Positions 1-6,864 are shown, counted from the first letter of the stretch. The stretch: 11,928 nt of DNA from a virus (IMGVR_UViG_3300027896_000028); one strand, 5' to 3'. The notes: generated by a model from the sequence alone, not told the origin. Program-made: numbers and translations.

Positions 1-243
1 AAGTTGCTAGTTAATACGGACGACTTATTTAGTCGAGACTTGAACGGTGTTTTCATCTATTAGATTCAACCGGTGCTATTAAAGTTGCTAGTTAATACGG
101 ACGACTTATTTAGTCAGGTAGTGAACGGTGTTTTCATCTATTAGATTCAACCGGTGCTATTAGGATCTATGAGTTAATACAGACGACTTATTTAGTCGAA
201 ACCTGAACGGTGTTTTGGTCTATTAGATTCAACTGGTTCTATC
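1..243. repeat. Tandem repeat, 3 copies of an ~81-bp unit (starts 1, 82, ~163); may continue left of the window
   Basis: GTTAATAC recurs at 10, 91, 173. Copies 1 and 2 are identical at 76/81 nt, with all 5 differences inside a 7-nt patch (35-41 GAGACTT vs 116-122 AGGTAGT). Copy 3 is the 3' end of CDS 192..515. Confidence 0.95.
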
Positions 244-515
244 GATCCTACGAGTGCTTCAGTTACACCCCTGATATCTCCCTTAGAGCGCTCTTCATAG
301 TCAGAATGGAACCTGTGTGACTGGATCCTTATAGACATTTGTACTTGATCTCTTAACCCTTCAATCGTACGCGTATCGATATCTATCTCACCCCATATCT
401 GTTTAAGAGTGACATTATCTATTTGACCAGCTAACTGATCCCACATCTTGTCAATCACATTGGAGTGTATCCTATCACATACCTCACTAACAACCTGTAT
501 ACCCATTGTTGTCAT
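192..515 (-). CDS. Tetrad-repeat (QVxx-like) family protein with extra C-terminal tail, 107 aa
   Basis: ORF track; ATGA overlap with 512..817; MWDQLAGQI / LRDQVQMSI motifs. Confidence 0.8.
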   Translation of the reverse strand: MTTMGIQVVSEVCDRIHSNVIDKMWDQLAGQIDNVTLKQIWGEIDIDTRTIEGLRDQVQMSIRIQSHRFHSDYEERSKGDIRGVTEALVGSIEPVESNRPKHRSGFD

Positions 516-817
516 ATCAGTGATCTCATTACTTGGTTACTGACTTGTATACGCACGCCGTTATCCACTTTGTCATATACTTGCTCCCATGTTTGGCTCC
601 ATACCAAGTCGCCTACTTGACTATTAGTCTGGTTAATCACTTGCTCACGTACTTGATCCCACATTAGATCCCAGACTTGAGCATACACTTGTTTATCTAC
701 CCGGGTACCCACTTGATCTCTCACTCGGCCATCCACTTGGTCATTCACCTGTCTCTCTACTTGGTGCCACACTTGGCTCAACTGGTTATCCTTATTCACT
801 TGTTCTTCAGTTGTCAT
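512..817 (-). CDS. Tetrad-repeat QVxx protein (archetype), 101 aa
   Basis: V at 18 of 21 every-fourth positions (residues 16-96), preceded by Q in 15; ATGA overlaps at both ends. Confidence 0.9.
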   Translation of the reverse strand: MTTEEQVNKDNQLSQVWHQVERQVNDQVDGRVRDQVGTRVDKQVYAQVWDLMWDQVREQVINQTNSQVGDLVWSQTWEQVYDKVDNGVRIQVSNQVMRSLI

Positions 818-1023
818 GATGTTAATGAGGTTCTTAGAAATATAAAAATTTGATCGCGAATCTGAGCCTGTACCTGCCCTCTAACCTGCATTATAACCTG
901 ATCCAGTATGTGGTGATCAACCTGAGCATAAACATCGGTAAATGAGCTATCCCATACTTGATCCCAGATACTGTGGTCAACATCCCTTCTAACTATACTA
1001 GCAATTTGTTCTTGTATTGTCAT
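814..1023 (-). CDS. Tetrad-repeat QVxx protein, 69 aa
   Basis: I/V/L at 16 of 17 positions 3,7,11...67; ATGA coupling. Confidence 0.9.
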   Translation of the reverse strand: MTIQEQIASIVRRDVDHSIWDQVWDSSFTDVYAQVDHHILDQVIMQVRGQVQAQIRDQIFIFLRTSLTS

Positions 1024-1226
1024 GTCAGTGATCTCTTTATTGGTACAGCTACTTGACGTTCAACTTGTACCCACACTCGGTTTTCTACGCTGTCACGTAT
1101 ATTAACCTGTGTTGCTCTATTCATTAAGTCATGTACATCAGAGCTTACTTGACCCCAGACTCTACCAATCACCTGGTGGTATACTCTGTTATGCACTTGA
1201 GTAAATATTTGTTCTCTAGTTATCAT
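1020..1226 (-). CDS. Tetrad-repeat QVxx protein, 68 aa
   Basis: I/V/L/M at 15 of 16 positions 7,11...67; ends KRSLT; ATGA coupling. Confidence 0.9.
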   Translation of the reverse strand: MITREQIFTQVHNRVYHQVIGRVWGQVSSDVHDLMNRATQVNIRDSVENRVWVQVERQVAVPIKRSLT

Positions 1227-1447
1227 TCTATTAAACCTCTTACATGGTTCCTAACTTGCCCCTCGGTCTGAAAGCGAACAGGTGACCATACTTCTTGATT
1301 GATCAACCCTCTGATCTCGTCACTTATCTGATTTCTGGTCTGCATAATCATCTTGAAGTTGATCTCGCTGAACACTTCACCTTCTACACGATCATAGATC
1401 TGAGAGCGAACTTCGTTATAGTCGTTATAGAGTGTGTGCGTCTTCAT
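1223..1447 (-). CDS. Tetrad-repeat family protein, 74 aa
   Basis: EVRSQIYDRV...QVRNHVRGLI 4-residue pattern; overlaps neighbours. Confidence 0.85.
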   Translation of the reverse strand: MKTHTLYNDYNEVRSQIYDRVEGEVFSEINFKMIMQTRNQISDEIRGLINQEVWSPVRFQTEGQVRNHVRGLIE

Positions 1448-1631
1448 GATTCCATTGTGATGCCATTATTAAATCGCTGACCTGAGTGTTGACTTGTTCA
1501 CTGATATGATTCTGCATAAGACCTTCAATCTCATGCCTGATATGGAAGTTCACATCTTTGCTAACCTGGTTCATCATTGGGTTGGTAACATTATGCCAGA
1601 TTGAATCGTGAACTCGTTGAGTGTTTATCAT
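1425..1631 (-). CDS. Tetrad-repeat family protein, 68 aa
   Basis: QVSKDV...HISEQVNTQVSDLI; AAGGAGG SD upstream; ATGA coupling. Confidence 0.85.
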   Translation of the reverse strand: MINTQRVHDSIWHNVTNPMMNQVSKDVNFHIRHEIEGLMQNHISEQVNTQVSDLIMASQWNHEDAHTL

Positions 1632-1858
1632 TTCAATACCCTCCTTACATTATTGCGCACAGGTTCTATCACAACAGTCATCGGCCAACGCAAACCGTCC
1701 CATATTAACAAGTCCACGCTAGGGTAGATACTGTCACCCAGATCTCCTTCTGTTGGATCGGTTACATACTGACTGATGCACGCATACACCTCAATCCCTA
1801 GCTGGTTACGCGCTTTATGGATAGCTAAAAACTGTTCGTATTTCTTGTTACGTTTCAT
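1628..1858 (-). CDS. Diverged tetrad-repeat family protein (start revised to MKRNKK, 76 aa)
   Basis: ATG at 1858 overlaps the TGA of 1855..2103 (ATGA); IWDGLRWP motif. Confidence 0.75.
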   Translation of the reverse strand: MKRNKKYEQFLAIHKARNQLGIEVYACISQYVTDPTEGDLGDSIYPSVDLLIWDGLRWPMTVVIEPVRNNVRRVLK

Positions 1859-2103
1859 ATTGGTCTGTGCCAATCACCAGCACCTTGACCCCATGCAGCT
1901 TCACTATCTAAGCTCATTATCAGCATCAGGTTTACCGGTCTTAAGTTGACAGCCGTAGGTGTGTATAGTTTACTGAATAGTGTAACCCCTTTGACTTCAG
2001 ATGTTGCATCTATGTCATTATAGCAGCTGAGCTCTATACGTAGGTACATAGCGCTGTTAACGGCATAACAAATTCTATCGTATATTTTATCTCGCTCTGT
2101 CAT
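1855..2103 (-). CDS. Hypothetical protein, probably a diverged tetrad-family member, 82 aa
   Basis: N-terminus MTERDKIYDRI resembles MTTQDKIADTI of the neighbour; coupled. Confidence 0.7.
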   Translation of the reverse strand: MTERDKIYDRICYAVNSAMYLRIELSCYNDIDATSEVKGVTLFSKLYTPTAVNLRPVNLMLIMSLDSEAAWGQGAGDWHRPI

Positions 2104-2299
2104 AAGCTGTTAGTACATCTGATACCTGAACACCTATCTGATTACCTACTGCATTGTATATGCAAATTTTTATCTGATCGCGTACATCAACGTATAAATT
2201 GGCTTCTATGTCGTCCCATAGTGTCTCACGTATGCTTCGATCGAAGCGTTGACACACGCGAAGTCTTATGGTATCTGCTATTTTATCTTGCGTTGTCAT
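2087..2299 (-). CDS. Tetrad-repeat family protein, 70 aa
   Basis: DVRDQIKICIYNAVGNQIGVQVSDVL pattern; TAATATG junction. Confidence 0.85.
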   Translation of the reverse strand: MTTQDKIADTIRLRVCQRFDRSIRETLWDDIEANLYVDVRDQIKICIYNAVGNQIGVQVSDVLTAYDRAR

Positions 2300-2300
2300 A

Positions 2301-2552
2301 TTACGTAACCCGTAAAGAAACCTCTACATTGTTGCCCACTTGATCACGGACTGCAATGCGAATCGTTCTAGCTAATTCATCTGATATGACATCAACAGCT
2401 TCCACACTGACTGCTTTCTGTACCTCACACCACGCTGGATTGCGTATATAATCCATGAACCTGTTATACGTTATAGTACGTATCTGCTCATCAGCTGAAT
2501 GCTGCATCGGAGGTACGTTGTAACCTGGTATGTATGAACCTGTTAATATCAT
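2301..2552 (-). CDS. Tetrad-repeat family protein, 83 aa
   Basis: IRIAVRDQVGNNVEVSL C-terminal pattern; ATGA coupling. Confidence 0.8.
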   Translation of the reverse strand: MILTGSYIPGYNVPPMQHSADEQIRTITYNRFMDYIRNPAWCEVQKAVSVEAVDVISDELARTIRIAVRDQVGNNVEVSLRVT

Positions 2553-2785
2553 AAATATCTCAGCGATCTAACTACAGGACCGCGAACTTCAATACTGACC
2601 TCATTACGCACTGGTGAGCGTAACCCATGCCACACTATAGGGTCTATCCCGTTTTGTATCAAGAATTCTAGTTGATCTACCTCACGAGTACCCAGTATGT
2701 CAGTCAAGCGCCTGTGCACTTGAATGTATACGTCATTTTCGTCTAAAGAGATGACTTGTTCTGCTTCTGTTTCTTCTTCTGTCAT
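2549..2785 (-). CDS. Tetrad-repeat family protein, 78 aa
   Basis: VWHGLRSPVRNEVSIEVRGPVVRSL; TAATATG junction. Confidence 0.8.
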   Translation of the reverse strand: MTEEETEAEQVISLDENDVYIQVHRRLTDILGTREVDQLEFLIQNGIDPIVWHGLRSPVRNEVSIEVRGPVVRSLRYL

Positions 2786-2786
2786 A

Positions 2787-2981
2787 TTAAAATGCGCGCA
2801 ACAAGGTTACTAAAGGGCTGTGAACCGGTGCTATCTGAGCGTCAATTGGGAACCAGAGGTGAAGATCAATCTGAGCATCGACGTGTGTAGATATCGTAGC
2901 TTGAACATCACGCCAATGTGATATGATCATATCATGTAAAGCCCCACTAGCTTGACCGATTACTTGTTCTTCAACGTTCAT
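2787..2981 (-). CDS. Tetrad-repeat family protein, 64 aa
   Basis: Starts MNVEEQV like MTTEEQV; periodic V/I; 11-nt overlap. Confidence 0.8.
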   Translation of the reverse strand: MNVEEQVIGQASGALHDMIISHWRDVQATISTHVDAQIDLHLWFPIDAQIAPVHSPLVTLLRAF

Positions 2982-3177
2982 TGTTCAAAGAGTGCATAAC
3001 ATTGAGACTAACGTCTCTGACTTGTCGGTATACCAACCATTGTAAACCATCATAGATTATACTTCTATCTACGAGTCTTACATGATATTCTAGATCACGA
3101 CTAATAGTCGACATAGTACCTTGAATAGCAATACACGTCTCTTTACCGTTGTAAGAGCTTTCAATACTGGATTTCAT
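2971..3177 (-). CDS. Diverged tetrad-repeat family protein (start revised to MKSSIE, 68 aa)
   Basis: IYDGLQWLVYRQVRDVSL; the longer ORF-track start would overlap 3161..3520 by ~100 nt. Confidence 0.65.
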   Translation of the reverse strand: MKSSIESSYNGKETCIAIQGTMSTISRDLEYHVRLVDRSIIYDGLQWLVYRQVRDVSLNVMHSLNNER

Positions 3178-3520
3178 CGTAGATGACGACGAGGAGGAGT
3201 TTGTTTTCTTCGCCAACTTTGTGATAGACTCGAATCTCGTACTCTTCGAATCCATCAACCGGGTTAGCGATGTTATCGCACTTCTCTAGAAGTTGTATAT
3301 CATCGTTACTGAGTAAACGCATTGTGTTTCCATTAACAAACATCTGACGGATCTCTCCTTTATCTCGGCGAGCGAGAGTGAGAAGGATACCAGTAGCATC
3401 CTCCATCGTAGCCTGAACATCTAATGGTGTGCGGTCTTCGACGGCATCCATCAGCATATCGCTCATATGAGCGATAACGAGTTTAGCCATGTCTTCAATT
3501 TGAACTTTGATTGTAATCAT
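3161..3520 (-). CDS. Hypothetical protein, 119 aa (start revised to MITIKV)
   Basis: ATG at 3520 forms an ATGA overlap with 3517..3882. Confidence 0.75.
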   Translation of the reverse strand: MITIKVQIEDMAKLVIAHMSDMLMDAVEDRTPLDVQATMEDATGILLTLARRDKGEIRQMFVNGNTMRLLSNDDIQLLEKCDNIANPVDGFEEYEIRVYHKVGEENKLLLVVIYDEIQY

Positions 3521-3882
3521 GATTTTGTTTTGTTGAGGTAGTGTGAATGAAGTCCGACGACTTTGCAATGAGAATTGGATATAAAGATTTTATCGAACGC
3601 GACAAAATAGCGCGTATACATACGACCAGGTACGTATCCAAAACCTTTGTATTGCATAGACGAGCGAATCGTCTTACCATTCGGAGTGGAAACAGCGATT
3701 ACAACTCCCTCTTCACCGATGTACTTGTCATAACGACCATCTTCACATCCTTCGGTTTGTTTACCGACGCGAACAACATCCCCTTGCTGAAACTTACAGC
3801 GAGGATTGTTCCAATCAGTCAACACCTTCGCTTTGATGTTGTTGCTTTTGAGTACCGCTTTAACTATATGATTTACTTTCAT
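3517..3882 (-). CDS. Hypothetical protein with SH3/KOW-like beta-barrel signature, 121 aa
   Basis: KFQQGDVVRV...GEEGVVIAV...YFVAF is a typical small-barrel pattern; first gene after the promoter. Confidence 0.65.
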   Translation of the reverse strand: MKVNHIVKAVLKSNNIKAKVLTDWNNPRCKFQQGDVVRVGKQTEGCEDGRYDKYIGEEGVVIAVSTPNGKTIRSSMQYKGFGYVPGRMYTRYFVAFDKIFISNSHCKVVGLHSHYLNKTKS

Positions 3883-3888
3883 AAAGAG

Positions 3889-3917
3889 ATTGTACTTGCT
3901 CCTCGTTAGAAGAGCAA
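3889..3917 (-). promoter_or_regulatory. Sigma70-type promoter, leaderless
   Basis: TTGCTC (3917-3912), 17 nt, TACAAT (3894-3889), 6 nt, ATG (3882). Confidence 0.7.
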
Positions 3918-3927
3918 GTACTTTTTT
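3892..3927 (+). terminator. 10-bp perfect inverted repeat plus T6 (intrinsic-terminator-like on + strand, or operator)
   Basis: GTACTTGCTC (3892-3901), 10-nt loop, GAGCAAGTAC (3912-3921), TTTTTT. Confidence 0.5.
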
Positions 3928-3930
3928 GGT

Positions 3931-4131
3931 TTACTCCAGTTTCCAGCCGCCCTTAACAGGCTGCCGATTCGCTTTGATGAGTTCGTAGACGGTGTAATCA
4001 CCATCGTCACCATGGTCGTCGAGCTCTCTCTGTACGATATCTTCAATCTCGCTCATCGTAGCGCAGACGTCGCCGACCAATTCGCCATTACACTCATCCA
4101 TCAAGATGAATTGTTTTTCGTTTCTGGCCAT
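3931..4131 (-). CDS. Hypothetical acidic protein, 66 aa, paralog of 4162..4377
   Basis: AGGAG SD 5 nt upstream; FILMDE...YTVYELI matches YAILIDE...LTVCKLV. Confidence 0.8.
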   Translation of the reverse strand: MARNEKQFILMDECNGELVGDVCATMSEIEDIVQRELDDHGDDGDYTVYELIKANRQPVKGGWKLE

Positions 4132-4161
4132 ATTAACTCCTGGTTAGTTGTTGTGGTTGGT

Positions 4162-4377
4162 TTAATTCTTGAGCATCGTAACGATAGGCTCATCAGGCAG
4201 CATAATCGTTGCGACCGGCACCAGCTTGCAAACGGTGAGGATAGCACCCTCATCGATATTGCCTTTGCATTCTCTAACAGCCGCTTCGATGCTGTCGTAC
4301 ATACAACCACTCCACACGCAATCACCATCCTCATCGATGAGGATTGCATATTTCGTTTTGTCTTTCTTCTGATACAT
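4162..4377 (-). CDS. Hypothetical protein, 71 aa (start revised to MYQKK)
   Basis: GAAAGG SD-like sequence and a promoter upstream; similar to 3931..4131. Confidence 0.75.
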   Translation of the reverse strand: MYQKKDKTKYAILIDEDGDCVWSGCMYDSIEAAVRECKGNIDEGAILTVCKLVPVATIMLPDEPIVTMLKN

Positions 4378-4417
4378 ATTTTGCCTTTCGGTTAATGGTT
4401 TCTCTAACAACAAATAC

Positions 4418-4446
4418 AGTATACAGGTTCCTGGATCGAAGTGCAA
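4418..4446 (-). promoter_or_regulatory. Sigma70-type promoter (leadered)
   Basis: TTGCAC (4446-4441), 17 nt, TATACT (4423-4418). Confidence 0.7.
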
Positions 4447-4447
4447 C

Positions 4448-4834
4448 TTAATTATTACGAACAGCTGCAGCTTCTTTATCCATGCGAGTGACCTTCTGTT
4501 TCTGTCGACCAATCAGAAGACCAGCTGCAGTAGGGTAATACCCATCCGCCGTCTTTGTCGCGAGTTTGTCCTCATTGACAAGCTCATCGATAAACAGAGC
4601 AACACCCTCTTTGATCTCATCGAGGTCGAGCATCTTGTTGAACTTGTTAAAGATCGATTTATTGATCGTGTCGACCGTCATCCGGCCATGACCAGCATAA
4701 ACCAGATCAGCCATCGCTTCGAGGACAGAGCTTTTAACGACCAAGCCCCGGAGCTGAGCAGGTGTGATATTGAGGTTGGAGCAGAGATCGACAACGACCT
4801 CAGCAGTTGATTTGTCAATTGATTTCGGATTCAT
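4448..4834 (-). CDS. Probable winged-helix DNA-binding protein, 128 aa
   Basis: Helical region ending LVNEDKL followed by GYYPTAAG, resembling the YxLTxxG wing motif; by eye only. Confidence 0.55.
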   Translation of the reverse strand: MNPKSIDKSTAEVVVDLCSNLNITPAQLRGLVVKSSVLEAMADLVYAGHGRMTVDTINKSIFNKFNKMLDLDEIKEGVALFIDELVNEDKLATKTADGYYPTAAGLLIGRQKQKVTRMDKEAAAVRNN

Positions 4835-4867
4835 ATTTGGTTAAGTGTTAATGTTAACGACCAAATA

Positions 4868-4896
4868 AGTATACCAGCTCAGCGGCAGAACTGCAA
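4868..4896 (-). promoter_or_regulatory. Sigma70-type promoter (leadered)
   Basis: TTGCAG (4896-4891), 17 nt, TATACT (4873-4868). Confidence 0.7.
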
Positions 4897-4899
4897 GAG

Positions 4900-5163
4900 C
4901 TAATTCGAACTATTTTGTCGATCGAATTCCTCAGCCTCATGTAATGCAGCTTCTGATCCTGGCTTAGCCTTCAAGCAAAAAGATAAACCAAGTTTACCGA
5001 GCGGGATTGGGTTGCGTTGCTTGTACGATTTGCTTCCGGGTTTAGGAGCGTAAGGACCTTCCTGCCAAATACTATTGAGTAAGTCGAGATGCTCTTCGGC
5101 AGTCTTATCGATTGCCTTATAACGTGTTGACCAGTCGCTCTTTTTGTATTCTTCCATTGTCAT
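4900..5163 (-). CDS. Hypothetical protein, 87 aa
   Basis: ORF track; ATG 3 nt after the upstream stop. Confidence 0.75.
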   Translation of the reverse strand: MTMEEYKKSDWSTRYKAIDKTAEEHLDLLNSIWQEGPYAPKPGSKSYKQRNPIPLGKLGLSFCLKAKPGSEAALHEAEEFDRQNSSN

Positions 5164-5166
5164 AAA

Positions 5167-5364
5167 TTATTCAGTAGGTGGTTTCAATTCAACTCTCCGG
5201 TTCCAAGCTAACGGATTTAACCTATTCGTATAGACATCGTTTGATTCGAGTCTACAGCCACAATCTTCACAAGCTACAATCATCGACTGGCGACTAGTAC
5301 CAAGGCGCTCTATTACTGGAGTACCTCCACAAAACGGACATGGTAGCAAATGTTTCATGGTCAC
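5167..5364 (-). CDS. Lar family (restriction alleviation-like) Zn-finger protein, 65 aa
   Basis: LLPCPFCGG...CEDCG...AWNRR is the characteristic Lar-family signature. Confidence 0.8.
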   Translation of the reverse strand: MTMKHLLPCPFCGGTPVIERLGTSRQSMIVACEDCGCRLESNDVYTNRLNPLAWNRRVELKPPTE

Positions 5365-5582
5365 TCTGAGTCTGAATCGATTACCGGTAACATGCTCTCT
5401 TCAATAGCACCCTCTTTACCAACATGACGGTTGGCAGTTCTGCAAATGACTGCAGCTTCGTCCAGACTATAGCGTCCAGCTTCAGCTCTGTTAGGAGTAT
5501 ACCCCATACCATCTTGCCTCCAGTATTGGTTACGCTCGTGACTCCACACGATCCAAAGAGTGTTGTCAGTTTTGTGCTTCAT
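5361..5582 (-). CDS. Conserved phage hypothetical protein (W...GYT...AGRY...EA motif), 73 aa
   Basis: YWRQDGMGYT...EAGRYSLDEAAVIC motif; ATGA coupling to the Lar-like gene. Confidence 0.75.
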   Translation of the reverse strand: MKHKTDNTLWIVWSHERNQYWRQDGMGYTPNRAEAGRYSLDEAAVICRTANRHVGKEGAIEESMLPVIDSDSE

Positions 5583-5588
5583 GTAGTT

Positions 5589-5616
5589 ATATTACAGGTT
5601 TTTTATTTTTTGTCAA
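5589..5616 (-). promoter_or_regulatory. Sigma70-type promoter, leaderless
   Basis: TTGACA (5616-5611), 16-nt A-rich spacer, TAATAT (5594-5589), 6 nt, ATG (5582). Confidence 0.7.
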
Positions 5617-5624
5617 GAAGATTG

Positions 5625-5903
5625 TTAAGAATACTGTAGATTAATCTCAGCTATAATGTCATCTATAATGTCATCTATAATTGCATCCTGTATTAAAGCT
5701 CTCACTACACTAGCAATCGGTGAGATGTTATCATCAACAGGCCCTTTAACACAATAAATAACAGAATGGTTTACATCGAAGCTAATACCATTACGCTCGT
5801 CTACAAAATCGTGGAGTGGTGAACTCCACAGTACCCTATCACGCACCTTTCGTACCAACCTATCAGTAAGATACTCGTTGAATGTATGTTTTTTAGTTCT
5901 CAT
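5625..5903 (-). CDS. Diverged tetrad-repeat family protein, 92 aa
   Basis: LVRKVRDRVLW...IIDDIIDDII periodic pattern; 11-nt overlap. Confidence 0.7.
   Translation of the reverse strand: MRTKKHTFNEYLTDRLVRKVRDRVLWSSPLHDFVDERNGISFDVNHSVIYCVKGPVDDNISPIASVVRALIQDAIIDDIIDDIIAEINLQYS
5651..5681. repeat. 12-bp tandem duplication (CTATAATGTCAT x2.6) inside CDS
   Basis: Exact copies at 5651-5662 and 5663-5674, partial at 5675-5681; encodes IIDD IIDD II. Confidence 0.9.
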
Positions 5904-6084
5904 TTAATAAAGACAACTCTGTCATTCGTCTAACGTGAGTTACTATATCTGAATACACAAATATTTGTATATCGCTAACAACAGTAGCATTAGCCATTTT
6001 GTTAATCTCATGCTGAGCACCAGCGAGTACGCTATCAACGCAGAGCACTAAATCGAGCAACGTATTATGTTCATTACGCTTCAT
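5893..6084 (-). CDS. Hypothetical protein, possible diverged tetrad-family member, 63 aa
   Basis: Size, periodic aliphatics (VVSDIQIFVYSDIVTHV), 11-nt overlaps. Confidence 0.65.
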   Translation of the reverse strand: MKRNEHNTLLDLVLCVDSVLAGAQHEINKMANATVVSDIQIFVYSDIVTHVRRMTELSLLNEN

Positions 6085-6271
6085 ATAATTGTGTACTAGC
6101 GTTTACTAAATTTCTTACCCTGAGAACGTTAAGGTCTATATCAATTGTTAGCGTAGACCAGACAACACTCCAGTCATACGTGTCTAACTGGTTTGCAGTA
6201 TCCTCGCTATTGGATACTAAAACAATACTGCACCGTCTTGCAACATCTCCACGATTTCCAAAATCATTCAT
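6074..6271 (-). CDS. Hypothetical protein, possible diverged tetrad-family member, 65 aa
   Basis: VVWSTLTIDIDLNVLRVRNLV pattern; coupled. Confidence 0.65.
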   Translation of the reverse strand: MNDFGNRGDVARRCSIVLVSNSEDTANQLDTYDWSVVWSTLTIDIDLNVLRVRNLVNASTQLYEA

Positions 6272-6277
6272 AATTCG

Positions 6278-6652
6278 TTAAGAAGGTTTCCTAACTCTTG
6301 GCTTTTTAAACCTAGAGAGAGCTATGCTCAACGGATCTTGACAATAACCAGCTGGTCGAGGACCTATACCTTTAATGCAGTCTATTCGACCTGAGCAAGC
6401 TCTTCCTTGCTTTGCCCATTTATTATAGTAATCAACATCAAACGGTGTATCTATTATTATACCGTTCCAATGTCCATCCACTTTTGAACCACCGCTAGGG
6501 AACTCCATAAGTTGAACAGTAGCAACATTATCTCTACAACCTGTTGGGGCTTCACCACCATTAGGATGTATTTCGGTGTATATAATGTCACCAGGTTTAA
6601 GTCTATTAACCTGCTCTGGTGTAAGTGTACTATGATCTGTTAGATTACTCAT
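6278..6652 (-). CDS. Hypothetical protein, possible SH3-like N-terminal barrel, 124 aa
   Basis: LKPGDIIY motif; basic C-terminus. Confidence 0.65.
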   Translation of the reverse strand: MSNLTDHSTLTPEQVNRLKPGDIIYTEIHPNGGEAPTGCRDNVATVQLMEFPSGGSKVDGHWNGIIIDTPFDVDYYNKWAKQGRACSGRIDCIKGIGPRPAGYCQDPLSIALSRFKKPRVRKPS

Positions 6653-6660
6653 AAGATTAT

Positions 6661-6864
6661 TTAAGATCGCAGAAGGAATACTAGATTGCGTTTAATGTCA
6701 GCGAGCAATCTGTTATTTGTCTCTCTAGTAATCCCAATATACAATACATCTGACAGCTCAGGGCTTATCACGCTGTGTACAGCATCGTAAACAGGTCGTG
6801 TCACTTTCTCTTTAATCAGAATGCATGGCGCTACATCTATCATATTGCAAGGATTATTCATCAC
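6661..6864 (-). CDS. Diverged tetrad-repeat family protein, 66-67 aa (GTG 6864 or ATG 6861)
   Basis: KVTRPVYDAVHSVI...LADIKRNL periodicity; overlap with upstream stop. Confidence 0.7.
   Translation of the reverse strand: MMNNPCNMIDVAPCILIKEKVTRPVYDAVHSVISPELSDVLYIGITRETNNRLLADIKRNLVFLLRS

Noticed and set aside
1-243. CRISPR array
   Set aside because: Units are ~74 nt conserved with only 7 nt variable; there are no spacer-length unique sequences and no cas genes
1-243. DGR template/variable repeat pair at the end of CDS 192..515
   Set aside because: Mismatches are not restricted to A (or T) positions of either copy, and there is no reverse transcriptase in the window
192-3177. Clean rule that tetrad genes lack SD sequences
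   Set aside because: Counter-examples: AAGGAGG upstream of 1631 and AAGAGG upstream of 1226
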